Part shown: piece after piece, positions 49,384 through 61,800 of the stretch | Layout: each line of letters starts with the position of its first letter | Numbering within the stretch: the stretch's first letter is position 1 | NCBI RefSeq assembly: GCF_004010195.1 | Contig: NC_057751.1 | Location: 6,018,997-6,082,996 of the forward strand | Direction: 5' to 3' | DNA length: 64,000 nt | From: Chiloscyllium plagiosum | Lineage: Eukaryota | The notes under the pieces: model-generated | Told to the model about the DNA's origin: nothing | Database searches by the model: none | The model's input: the letters and a program-made list of their open reading frames with translations, nothing else | Position numbers and translations under genes: made by a program

Positions 49384-50721
49384 TGTGATGCTGCTGCTCC
49401 TTTAAGAAGGTTATGTTGCCCTTGTTTTTTCTTTCAGAGGGATCATAAAGCCAGAGGTTCCGAAATGTCTGGGTTTATTTACTTGAAGAAGCTTTCAAGT
49501 TTAAAAAATATTTGTACAATAATAGGGGAGTAGCCAATTCTCCTAGTTCAGGGTTTGGTTTCATTTGGCTTTAGCAGTCAGGCTGTTTTCCAGCTGGTGG
49601 TCAGTTTTAGCTGGGAACCCAGAGGAGCTGCTGGACCCAAAGAAACAGCTCCTTGCAGATCCTCTCTCTCGCTCTGACATCTCTCCTGTAAGAACCTGTG
49701 TTTGATTTTACCTTTTATGCCAAGGGGACGTTTACATAGAACATAGAACATAGAACAATACAGCACAGAACAGGCCCTTCGGCCCACGATGTTGTGCCGA
49801 ACACTTGTCCGAGCTTAAGCACCTATCCATGTACCTACCCAATTGCCGCTTAAAGGTCACCAATGATTCTGATTCTGCCACTCCCACAGGCAGCGCATTC
49901 CATGCCCCCACCACATAGACCCCAAGATCCCTCTGCTCCTCCACCTTACTAAGAACCCTACCGTTAACCCTGTATTCCGCATTCTTATTTGTCCTTCCAA
50001 AATGGACAACCTCACACTTGACAGGATTGAACTCCATCTGATTGGTGGAGTTGGGGATAGTGAGGAGGGCTGTTGTTGGCTGCAAAGGGACTTGGATATG
50101 ATGCAGAGCTGGGCTGAGGAGTGGCAGATGGAGTTGAACCCTGTCAAGTGTGAGGTTGTCCATTTTGGAAGGACAAATAAGAATGCGGAATACAGGGCTA
50201 ACGGTAGGGTTCTTAGTAAGGTGGAGGAGCAGAGGAATCTTGGGGTCTATGTTCATAGCTCTTTGAAAGTTGCCACTCAGGTGTTCAGAGCTTGTAAGAA
50301 GGCCTATGGTGTATTAGCGTTCATTTGCAGGGGGATTGAATTCAAGAGTCATGAGGTGATGTTGCAGCTGTACAGGACCTTGGTGAGGCCACATTTGGAG
50401 TAGTGTGTGCAGTTCTGGTCACCTCACTTTCGAAAAGATGTGGAAGCTTTGGAGAGGGTGCAGAGGAGGTTTATGGGGATATCGCAAGTATTTGGAACAG
50501 CAGCATTAAGTTGTGTTAGAGTCAATTGGGTTTTAAATAATTATGTTATTCTAAATTTGGTTTTCTTTTGTTCCTGTGTAAATAAATTTGTTTTGTTTAA
50601 AACTGAGTGGTTGGGCTGCATGTATTACTCCTGGAATACCCACTTTACATCTGCTTAGAAAAGTTAGGGTCTGGGCTACCTTCTTGAAATGTTTTGAGGG
50701 GGTCTGGCCTGGTCCATAATA
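49384..50721 (+). mobile_element. Solo LTR with a nested rearranged CR1
   Basis: TGTGATG...CCATAATA ends and a TSD CTTT (49380-49383 and 50722-50725). The LTR sequence rejoins across 49735-50468. Confidence 0.88.
49735..50468. mobile_element. CR1 insertion with internal deletion, inversion and a 128-bp inverted duplication
   Basis: Minus-strand tail and 3' end at 49735-49912, minus segment 49913-50040, plus segment 50041-50468. Flanked by GTTTA direct repeats. Confidence 0.88.
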
Positions 50722-50725
50722 CTTT

Positions 50726-51275
50726 ACCAACGCATATATGGTGTTGGTTCAGCCACAACTGGAGTATTCCACATAGTTCTAGTCACCACCTTACAGGAAG
50801 GATATGATTGCAGACAGAGTACAAAGAAAATTCTCCCGGATGTTGTCAAGGTTGGAGTGATTCAACTCTGAAGAGAGACTAAATAGGCTGGGACTGTTTT
50901 TCTTCGAGCAGAGAAGGCAGAAGGGTGACCTGACTAATGTACAAAATTACGAAGGGCATAGATAGGGTAAGATGGGAGAGAAAACTTTCTCATTATGAGA
51001 GAGGTCAATAACCAGGGGCTACACTTTTAACGTAAGAAGTGAAGCATCTATTGGAGATTTGAATGAAGATTTATTTTTACCCAGAGAATGGGGTATCTAA
51101 AACTCACTGCCTGAAAGGGTAATATAGTTGGGAGTCACACTTAAAATAGCATAGTATAAAATGCTACAGGCCAAGTGCTGGAAAACGGTATTGAATTAGA
51201 TAGGTCCTTGATGACAGTTACAGATGCGATAGTCAAAAGGGCCTTATTGCGTTCTGTTAAAACTCTATGACTCTG
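50726..51275 (+). mobile_element. CR1 3' fragment, degenerate
   Basis: LVQPQLEY, EERLNRLGLFFFEQRRQKGDL and an FTQR remnant; tail CTCTATGACTCT. Confidence 0.8.
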
Positions 51276-51302
51276 AAGAATTGGATCTCAGACGCAGATA
51301 AA

Positions 51303-51535
51303 AAAGAAAGAAAAACTTGCATCTTTTATGACACCTTTCACTGTATGGGATACCTCAAAGCACTTTACATCCGATAAAGTACTTCTGCTGTGCAGGCACT
51401 GTTGTCTGTTTGGAATTGTCAAGCAGTTTACAAACAGCAAGCTTCCACAAATAGTAATGTGATAATTACCAAACAATCTCTTTTTACAATGTTGAAGCAT
51501 TGTGGGATATTTTGCATTCACCTGAGAGAGCAGTT
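51303..51535 (-). mobile_element. Deu-domain SINE (SacSINE1/AmnSINE1-like) with an L2-type tail
   Basis: Reverse complement has ATTATCACATTACTATTTGTGGAAGCTTGCTG..AAAGTGCTTTGAGG..GTGAAAGGTG..GATGCAAGT. Confidence 0.65.
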
Positions 51536-52416
51536 ACACAACTAGTTCAGGATGCACCACCCTAGCAAGTGACACAAGCTAACGTGATATCGTTGTAGCA
51601 GATGACACATGTGCAGCAGAGCTCATTGAATCTTGTTTTTCTTGAATAACGAACCCTTTATCTTTTTTGATCAGTGTTTGGTACGTTTATATTATGAGCC
51701 AATAAGAAAACAAAACACACCATACTTGATTGTGATAAAACTGTCAAATAAAATCACAATTTTACAGTACGTTTTATGCAGCAATTTCTGCATGATCCTC
51801 GTATTCTGCTCCTGGATTTTTGAGTTCTTTGTATAACGCACAATTCGCTCAAAAAGGTGTCCTGTGTTCAGAGTCATAATCATAGTCAGAGTTACACAGC
51901 ACAGAAACAGACCCCTCGGTCAAACTCATCCATGGTGACCAGATAACCAAAACTAATCTTGCCACATTTCCAGCTCTAAACCCTTTCTATTCATGTACCC
52001 TATCGGATGCCTTTTAAATGTCTTCAGTGTAACCGCCTCCACCAATTCATCTGGCAACTCATTCTGTACACACCCCACCCTCTGCGGAAAATGTTGCCCC
52101 TCAGGTCCCTTTTAAATCTTTCCCCTCTCATCTTAAACCTCTGCCATCTAGTTTTGGATTCCCCACCCCAGAGAAAAAGACGTTGGCTATTCACCTTATC
52201 CATGCCATCATGATTTTATAAACCTCTATGAGGTCATCCCTCAGCTTCCGACGCTCCAGAAATAAAAGCCCTAGCATATTCAACCTCTCCCTATAGCTCA
52301 AACCCTCCAACCTGGGTAAAATCCTTTTAAATATTTCTGAACCCTTTAACAATGTCTATCTGATAAAGGAGAGACCAGAATTGAATATATATTCTAATAG
52401 TGGCCCAACCAATATC

Positions 52417-52820
52417 GCCGACCACAACAACACGAAGGTTGGAGGAAGAGCGCCTCACCTTCCGCCTAGGAACCCTCCAACCACAAGGGATGAACTCGGA
52501 TTTCACCAGTTTCCTCATTTCCCCTCCCCCCACCTTGCCTCAGTCAAATCCAACGAATTCAGCACCACCTTCCTAACCTGCAATCTTCTTCCCGACCTCT
52601 CCGCCCCCACCCCAGTCTGACCTATCACCCTCACCTTGACCTCTTTCCACCTATCACATTTCCGACACCCCTCCCCCAAGTCCCTCCTCCCTACCTTTTA
52701 TCTTAGCCTGCTTGACAATCTTTCCTCATTCCTGAAGAAGGGCTTATGCCCGAAACGTCGATTCCCCTGTTCCCTGGATGCTGCCTGACCTGCTGCGCTT
52801 GTCCAGCAACACATTTTCAG
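52417..52820 (+). mobile_element. Penelope-like 3' fragment (tail-less) with 11-bp TSD
   Basis: RRLEEERLTFRLGTLQPQGMNSDF-like end. TSD CAACCAATATC at 52406-52416 and 52821-52831. Confidence 0.9.
52728..52763 (+). ncRNA. Minimal type I hammerhead ribozyme-like motif (intact core)
   Basis: AUUC-CUGAAGA-A-GGGC-UUAU-GCCC-GAAA-CG-UC-GAUU. Confidence 0.65.
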
Positions 52821-53202
52821 CAACCAATATCCTGTACAATCCCAGTATGACATCCCAACTCCTGTACTCACTGCACTGAGCAATGAAGGCAACTGTGCCA
52901 AATGCCTTCTTCATCACCCTATACCTGTGACCCCACTTTCAAGGAATGATGCACCAGCATCTCTAGGTCTCTTTGTTTCTCAGCACTCCCCATGGTTTTA
53001 CTGTTAACTGTTAAAGTTCTGCACTGATTTGTGATAACAAAATGCAGCACCTCACATTTATTTAAATTAAACTCTGTCTACCACTCCTCGGCCCATTGGT
53101 CCACTTGATTCAGGTCCTGTTTTACTCTGAGATAACTTTCTTCACTGTTCAGTACGTACCAGTTTTTGTATCATCTGCAAACTTACCAACCATACCTTTT
53201 AT

Positions 53203-53331
53203 ATTCCTGAAGAAGGGCTTATGTCCGAAACGTCGATTCTCCTGTTCCCTGGATGCTGCCTGACCTGCTGCGCTTTTCCAGCAACACATTTCCAGCTCTG
53301 ATCTCCAGCATCTGCAGACCTCACTTTCTCC
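53203..53331 (+). mobile_element. ~130-bp Penelope-derived insert consisting only of the hammerhead motif, downstream repeat and tail
   Basis: TSD CCTTTTATATTC (53195-53206 and 53330-53341). Motif CUGAAGA-A-GGGC-UUAU-GUCC-GAAA-CG-UC at 53207-53234. Confidence 0.9.
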
Positions 53332-56024
53332 TTTTATATTCACATCCAAATCATTTCTATAAATGATAAAAAATGACCCAGCACCAATCCTTGTGGCACA
53401 CTGCTGGTCACAGGCCTCCAATCCAAAAAATAACCCTCTACCACCACCATCTGTCTCCTACCTTCAAGCTAATTTTGTATCCATTTGACTCGGTCCCCTT
53501 GGATTCCATGTGATCCAGCCTTATTAAGCAGTCTGCTGTGCAGAACCTTGTCGAACGCCTTTCTGAAGTCCAAATAGACAATGTCTACTGCTGTGCCTTC
53601 ATAAATCTTCTTTGTCACTTCTTCAAAAAACTCAATCAAGTTCATGTGACAAAGTCATGTTGACTATTCCTAATCAGTCCTTGCATTTCCAAATGCATGT
53701 GAATCCTGTCCCTCAGAAACCCTCCAACTAGTTACTCACCACTAATATCAGGCTCACCGGTTTACAGTTCTCTGGCTTTTCCTTACCTCCTTTATTAAAT
53801 AATGGCCCCACTTTAGTCAACCTCCAGTTTTCTGTCACCTCACCCACGGCTATCAATGATAGAAATATCTCAATAAGGGGCCCAGCAATCTCTTCCCTTG
53901 CTTTCCCTGATCAGATCCTGTGGATTTATCCACCTCCCTTTCTGTTATATGGACACTTTCCAAGACATCGTGATTAGTTTCCCCAAGTTCTCTAGCTTCA
54001 ATGTCATTCTCTACAGTAAATACTAATACAACATATTCACTTAGTATCTCACCCATCTCCTGTGGTTCCATACATTGATGACCTTGTTGATCTGAAAGGG
54101 GCCCTGTTCTCATTCTATTTACACTTTCGCCCTTAATGTATTTGTAGAATCTCTTTGGATTCTCCATAACTCTATTTGTCAAAGCAATCTCATGTCCCCT
54201 TTTTGCCCTCCTGATTTCCCTCTTAAGTATACTCCTACTGCCCTTATACTCATTGAGGAATTCAAACAATCCCAGCTGTCTATGCCTGACATATGCCTCT
54301 TTCTTTACCTTGACCAGAACCTCAATTTCTCCAGTTATCCAGCATTCCCGACATCTACCAGCCTTGCCCTTTGTCCTAACAGGAATATACTGTCTCTGGA
54401 CTCTTGTTATCTCATTTTTAAAGGCCTCCCACTTCCCAATCAATTTTTGAAAGTTCCTGCCTAATACTGTCAAAATGGGCCTTACTCCAAATTAGAACTT
54501 TAACTTTGAGATCAGTTCTATTCTTTTCATCACGATTTTAAAATTAATAGAATTATGAGCACTAGTCCCAAAGTGCTCCCCCACTGACACCTCGGTCACC
54601 TGCCCTACCTTATTCCCCAAGAGAAGGTCAAGTTTTGCTCCTTCTCTAATAGCTACATCCACATACTGAACAAGAAAATGTTCTTGTTCACTCTTAACAA
54701 ATTCCTGTCTATCCAAGCCCGTAATACTATGCTAGTCCCAGTCTATGTTTGTAAAGTTAAAATCCCCTACCACAACCACCCTATTGTTCTTACAGATGTC
54801 TGAGAACTCCTTACATATTAGCTTCTCAATTTCATGCTGACTATTGGGGGAGGCCTATAGTACAATCCCAATAATGTGATTATCCCTTTCTTATTTCTCA
54901 GTTCCGCCCAGATAATTTCACTGGACATTCTCCCAGGAATATCCTCCCTAAGTAGAGCCATAATGTCATCCTGAACCAAAAACACCACTGCCTCTTCTCT
55001 CATGGTCCCCCCACCCCCACCCTTTCTATCCTTTCTATATCCTGGAACATTAAGCCATCAATTCTGCCCTTCCCTGGGCGACATTTTTGCAACAGCTATG
55101 ATATCTCAGTCCCATGTTCCCAACCATGCCTTGAGTTCATCTGCCTTACCTGTCAGGCCTCTTGTATTGAAATAAATGCAGTTTAATTTATCAGCCTTAT
55201 CTTATTCTGTGCCTTGCTGTTGTCTGGAGTGACTAACTTGTTTCTCTTCTCTCCTGTACCAGCCTCAGACTTATTTGTTTTCTCACTATCTCCACCTCAC
55301 CCCACCCACTACTAGTTTAAAGCTTCCCGAGTAGCATGAGCAAATCTCTCCACCAGGAAATTGGTTCCCTTCCAATTCAGGTATAACGCCTTCTTCTTGT
55401 TCAGGTGACCTCTATCCCAGAAGACATCCCAATGATCCAAAAATGTGAATCTGTGCCTTTGCAACAGTTCCTCAGCCATGCATTCATCTGCTCTGTCCTC
55501 CTGTTCCTACTCTCACCAGCATATGGCACCATGAATAATCCAGATATTACTCCCCTTGAAGACCTATTTTAACCTTCTGCCTAACTTGCTATCCTCTCTC
55601 TGCAGAACCTCGTTCCTTTTTCTTCATATGTCATTCACACCAATCTGTACAACGACACTCTCCCCTTTGAGAATATTCTGCACCCTCTCTGAGGCATTCT
55701 TCAGTCTGGCACCGGGTGGCACCATTCTGTTGTCTTGTTGTTGGCATCAAAAATGTATGTTTGGGCCCCTGATTAGAGAGTCCCTGATTGCAATCTATGG
55801 CTTGGAAAATAACATTTCCTCCATGACAATGGAGTCAGTCTCAGTACCAGAAATCTGTCTGTCAGTGCTAAATTTCCCTGCTCCAGTATCCAAAAGCATA
55901 TATGTTTGTGATGGGGATAGCCACAGGAGACTCCTACACTTCCTACCTATCTCTCCTATCTTTCCGAGCAGTAACCATTCTATCTGACTGTATCTGCAGT
56001 TTTTCTACCTTAGTGAAAGTGCCA

Positions 56025-57777
56025 TCCAGGAACTTTCCACCTATGTTCAGGACGCCACCCACGCCCTTCACCTCCTCCAAGACGTTCATTTCCCTGGCCT
56101 CCAACGCCTTATCTTCACCATGGACATGCAGTCACTGTACACATCTATCCACCACAACGAAGACCTCCAAGCCCTCCGTTTCTTCCTGTCACACCGTCCC
56201 AATCAGTACCCTTTCACTGACACCCTCATCCGCCTGGCTGAACTGGTCCTCACCCTTAACAACTTCTCCTTCCAATCCTCCCACTTCCTCCAAACCAAAG
56301 GAGTAGCCAAGGGCACCCGCATGGGCCCCAGCTGTGCCTGTCTCTTTGTTGGGTACATAGAACAGTCCATCTTCCACAGCTACACCGGCACAATTCCCAA
56401 CTTTTCCTCCACTACATCGCTGACTGTATTGGCACTGCCTCATGTTCCCAAGTGGAGATTGAACTTCACTAACACCTTTCACCCCACCCTCAAATTCACC
56501 TGGACCATCTTGGACACCTCCCTCCCCTTCCTGGACCTCACCATCTCCAGCGACCGACGGACATCTACTACAAACCCACTGACTCCCACAGCTACCTGGA
56601 CTACACTTCCTCCCACCCTGCCTCCTGTAAAAGCAACACCTGTTATTCCCAAATCCTCTGACCCTGCCACATCTGTTCCTAGGATGACCAATTCCACCTT
56701 AGAAAATCCCAGATAGCCTCCTTCTTCAAAGACCACAGTTTCCCCTCCCACGTGGTCAACAATGCCCTCCAGCACATCTCTTCCATTTCCCACACCTCCG
56801 CCCTTGAATTCTACCCCTCCCAATGCTACAATGACAGAACCCCCCCAGTCCTCACCTTCTACCCCACCAACCACTGCACACATCGCATCATTCTTCACCA
56901 CTTTTGCCATCTACAAACCACCACGAAGGATATATTTCCCTCCCCACCACTATCAGCTTTCCGGAGAGACCATTCCCACTGTGACTCCCTTGTCAGATCC
57001 ATGCCCCCCCACCAGCCCTCACCCCACTCCCGGCACCTTCCCCTGCCACCGGAAGAATGCAAAACCTGTGCCCACACCTCCTCCCTCACCCCTGTCCAAG
57101 GCTCCAAAGGATCCTTCCACATCTGACAGAAATTTACTTGTGCCTCATTGACTGTATCTGTTGCACTCGATGTGGTCTCCTCTACAACGGGAGACAGGAT
57201 GCCAACTTGCAGATCATTCCAGAGAACATCTCTAGGACAGCACACTAACCAACCCCACCACCCTGTGGCTGAAAACTTCAAATCCCCTGCCCACTCCACC
57301 AAGGACATGCAGGTCCTGGGCCTCCACCATCGCCAAACCCTTACCACCCGATGCCTGGAGGAAGAATGCCTTATTTTCCACCTTGAGACCCTCGAACCAC
57401 ACAGGATTAATGTGGATTTCACCAGTTTTCTTATTTCCCCTAACCCCACCTTATCCCAGTCCCAAGTCTCTAACTTGGCACTGCCCTCTTGACCTGTCCA
57501 TCGTTTTTCCCATCTATGCCCTCCACCCTCTTCTCCGACCTATCCTCTTCACCCCTAACATCATTACCAATCTCACCCTCAGCTACATTTTCCCCAACCC
57601 CAACCCCTTCCTATTTATCTGTCAGCACCCCCCAACCCACAAGCCTCGTTCCTGATGAAGGACTTATGCCTGAAACGTCGATTCTCCTGCTCCTCGGATG
57701 CTGCCTGACCTGCTGTGCTTTTCTAGCACCCCACTCTCAACTCTGATCTCCAGCATCTGCACTCCTCACTTTCTCCT
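56025..57777 (+). mobile_element. Penelope-like element, 5'-truncated: RT, GIY-YIG and terminal repeat
   Basis: LIFTMDMQSLYTSIHH, LAELVLTLNNFSF..FLQTKGVAKGTRMGPSCACLF, LPFLDL, CKTCAHTSS, CTRCGLLY and EEECLIFHL. Hammerhead motif at 57648-57683; tail ends CTCACTTTCTCC. Confidence 0.93.
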
Positions 57778-58809
57778 TGCATGATTAGATGTGACATATT
57801 TTAGTTCCACATGTGTGTCCTGTCATCAGTACTTTCAGTATGGGAATTTCTAATCACTTGCTTTTGAACAGGATAATTACTCAACAACTGAAAGAAACTT
57901 CATAACCCTTGCATGACAGCTCTTGCAAGATTCAATCTGATGGCTAATTGTCTCACTCATATTCCTTTGTAAGTTTTTACGTCTTTGTGCACTGTTACCA
58001 AACTGTCACTTTGATAATAATACATTTAGATTTTCTTCTGGTTGTGGAAATAACTCCACAGAGGTTGGTATCCCGTCACCAAGTCATCTTTTATGTCTCA
58101 TGCATAGTACATGACACTAACCCAGCTGGCACAGAGCCGGCGACTGGAGCGAGCAGAACCTCTGACACGTCTATTTCTATTTTTCAGCCAGGGATCCCTA
58201 ATTGGACCAGATTAATAGTCTCAATCAGGGAAGTGTGCAATCCATCTGGCTGACATTGCTCCGATCACTGCAGTTACCTTGCATGATTCTTGCTTATTTC
58301 GGTTGCAAGGGAGTAGTTGGATGATGTTGAAAAAAAAGCTTCTTAGTCTGAGCAGTCCTCGTATTAACACTAAATCCCGCAAGACAAATTGACTGTGCAG
58401 CTGTGATTTTCAAAATATTTGATATGGAAGTCCCTTGACAGCAACAGAAATGCACAGAATCAAAGAACAGAACAAAGCCTCAAAGAAGGGGTAATTTGAC
58501 CCATTGTACCATTCCCATTCTTTGATTTGTCCCACCTCCCTGCTGACTCCCCAAATCCCTGGAAGTTTTTGTGGTCTGTATATTTTGCTTCCATTACCAA
58601 GCTATTTGTCTACATAGAACAATAACTGCACTTGACAGTATTTCTTTGTTTGTGAAGTCCTTTGAGAGGTCTCTGAAAGCTGTGAAATGATACACTTTAA
58701 GTCTGAGCCTGTTCTTTGATTTGATTATTTTGGAAGTAATTTATTATGTGATGAGTGGGACATTGAATGCACTGTTGTAAAAACAGCTGTGTGATGCCAG
58801 CTTCTAAAA

Positions 58810-61800
58810 CTCCGGCACAAATTTTCTCCAAATTTTGCTCAGCATCCATTTCGTGCAGTTTCATGGAGGGATTTCTCTCCGTGAGCTCCAGAGAGTTTGC
58901 TCATGCAAGATTGCGGCGCTGACCTCGTGGCCAATGCACCACAGTTTCACAGCACTCATTTTGAGTTCATCAGTGGCCAGGAAGTTCCTGGTTTTCTGTT
59001 GCTGGTGCCATATATAAAGCCCCGCTGTGCACCAATTCAAACACTGCAAGCCTGGATTAGCCCTTCACAGCTGAATCTTGGCAAGAGTTGTCCCGGAGAT
59101 GAACCTGCTTTCAGCCAGCACCCAAAGCATGTCTGGGCTCTTGAGCTGCATGTATCACGGGGTCATTTGCTCAGAGGCCAATATATAAAGGCAGACACCC
59201 TTCACTCAGCTGCAGCCCTTGGAATACACCAAGATATCGTGGTAGCCAAAGGAAGAAAAGAAAAACTGTACATTGGTAAAATGGATATCAATTTGTTGCA
59301 TTTGTCAATGTATGTTCACTTCGCATCATCAGCTGTGTGATCCACTGTCATTTTACTGAGTTGGAAAATGAGGACATTCACCAAAAGAAAAATCACCTTT
59401 TCCATCTGCAGTGCAGCATCAATAGGGTCAAGAATGAAGTCCAGTGGCAATCCAGTTCCAGATAAAACCCCTTGACTTTCAATGGACTAACCATGACCAA
59501 CCACCTAACTGAATTTCATCAGCAACCCTAACAGGGCTGACCAGACCCTGACTGATATCTGTATAGCTCCCTGACTGACTTATGACTGATCCCTGGACTG
59601 ATTACACCGGACTTTCAGGATTGAATGGATTACTCCCTGTACTGTAACAATGTGGTACCTGTAACTCTGAGTGCTCCAGTACCAGTTGAACTTGTTCCAA
59701 CCCCTTTGACTAAGATCAAGCAAGCGCCTTGTCTCCTGGCTGACGACAGTTCCCTGGACCTGACTGAGGACTGCTCCTCTTAGATTTGTGGGCATAGCGT
59801 TTTGATTGAAGCTGTGTTTGCTGAGTCAGCTGCTGGCACATGGTGCAGGTATGACACTGAAGTAGCACGACAGTGCCCATGCCCTTGACTGATCATTTCT
59901 GGCAAACATGACTAGTTGCCTGTCTTGATATGTTCACTAAAAGGCAAGGTAAGACAGAGGTACTGCAAGCCTTTTTCCTTTGGTCGAGGTGCCAGTGTAC
60001 AGAAATACAAGGCAAAACATGTTCGAGATGCTGTGAGCATCCAAGAAGGCACAGGGTGAGTGAGCCCTAAGAGTACCAATTAAGAACTCTGAGATGCATT
60101 CTGTTCCAATGCAGAAGATGGGAGTCTATCAGCATTATAATGTAAGGAATTGGTGAACCGCAAAGTATTTTGAAGTGGTGAATCACATTGGAAATGTGTT
60201 GTGATTGTATAATGAGACTGGTGCTTCACTGGTGCCAGTTTCTGTGTCCATTGGGTGCAGGCAGTATGCATGGATTGGACCCTGGGATGTTGGGCAATGC
60301 TAGGCCACGTGGATGTCTGGAGAAGGTATTGGCAAGTTGCAGCCACCAACTTGGGTAGGCAATGGCCTTGAGATATTTTCGTTGGACAGTTAATCCAAAA
60401 ACCCAGATTGTGTCCTGGGGACTTGGGTTCTAATCCTGCCATGGCAGATGGTGGAATCTGAATTTACTCAAAACAAAATCTGGATTCATGATGTCCATGA
60501 AATCATTTTTGATTGTCAGAAAAAACCCATCTGGTTCATTCATGTCCTTTCTGGAGGGAAACTACAATACTTACCTGGTCTGGCCTCCATGTGACTCCAT
60601 ACCCACAAAAATGTGGTTGACTTTGAATTGCCTTCTGGGTAATTAGGGATGGGAAATTAATGCTGGCCTAGCCAGCAACGTCCGCAACCTATAAATGAAT
60701 AATAAAAGAAAAGTATACCCTCTGTTATTCCAGTTCGGAACTGTTGCTGTCCAGTTTCTCTCCACTGCTGGGGAAAATTATATGAATAAAGTGAGATAAG
60801 GTCATGATGAGATGGTTCTTATGTGCAAATAGGCCCTTCGCCACTCATCATGAGATTCTCATCCAGCCTTTGAAACCTGACATGTTAAATTTGACATTTT
60901 TTTCCCAATGTTGAGAATCCCATTTCTCCATTCTCACCATACTTTCTCAACTGGCTCACCATTGGTCACATTGTTCATATCCTGGGAAGACTCAGCCGTC
61001 AGTGTCAAGACCAACAGCCCCGTGCTGCTGATTGGCACAAAGGTGCACTGACTTGGGCTTCTGGAAGCCACCACGATGCACAGACCCCAAATACCTGAGC
61101 AACAGCTGGAATAATTGCAAATAAGCAGGTCAATATATAGATTACTTATGGTCAGCGCATTCCTATCATATTGTATTGACTGTCATTTGAGTGGAGGGTT
61201 AAGATCTCAATTACTGTTGAAGATGTGTTACACAAGTATGTCAAAGTTTGTCCATGAGTAAGGCTAACATCAATTGGAATGCTTTGATTTGTCCTCATAG
61301 ATGTATTCCCCTCTGCAGATATTGTGTAGTCTTGTGCACTGCTATTTGAAATATTGCTTCAGCCTTAGGAATATGTTTTCAATCTCATCACAATGATATA
61401 AGTGCAGTTGCCTTATATTACCCTGGTCTAACAAACTGCCCTGTGAGGTGCAACATCTCTTCGTATTGTTGTATGCAGGAGTGCAGTCCCCACATTCTGT
61501 GCATTGTCCAGCATTTGAACCAAGAGGCCAATTTTTACATCTGCCAAACCCGGTGACTGCTCATGGACTATTTACCCATGGGAGCCATCATAATAACTGC
61601 TTTAATCATGGTCATTGGCATTCGCGATGGTATTCCATTCCCTGGCCAACTGGGCGCAACAGTATTGCCCCCAACTTGCCTCTTGAATGTCTCATTGCCG
61701 GCTGTCGGAGGATGAAGTAAGAAAATCTGGGATGTGTAAAGGAACTATTTCAAAAGGTGGTTAAGAAAGGATTTTAAAAATATAATTTACTTATCAGTTA

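Larger units (their letters stand above)
51870..56024 (-). mobile_element. Long CR1 LINE (ORF1 esterase, ORF2 EN and RT, 3' end), degenerate, with two nested Penelope inserts
   Basis: LNWKGTNFL (ORF1), IWAELRNKKG..LGLYYRPP and TREGAKLDLLL-like (EN), NPKRFYKYIK, DFRKAFDKV and KFADDTK (RT), and a 3' tail. Confidence 0.92.

Noticed and set aside
8529..57777. Recurrent ~36-nt hairpin repeat read as a CRISPR array or terminator
   Set aside because: Copies are dispersed in both orientations with no regular spacers and are attached to Penelope GIY-YIG ends in a eukaryotic context.
58897..59340. 147-aa plus-strand ORF
   Set aside because: No recognisable domain or splice context; it lies in a probable decayed repeat.
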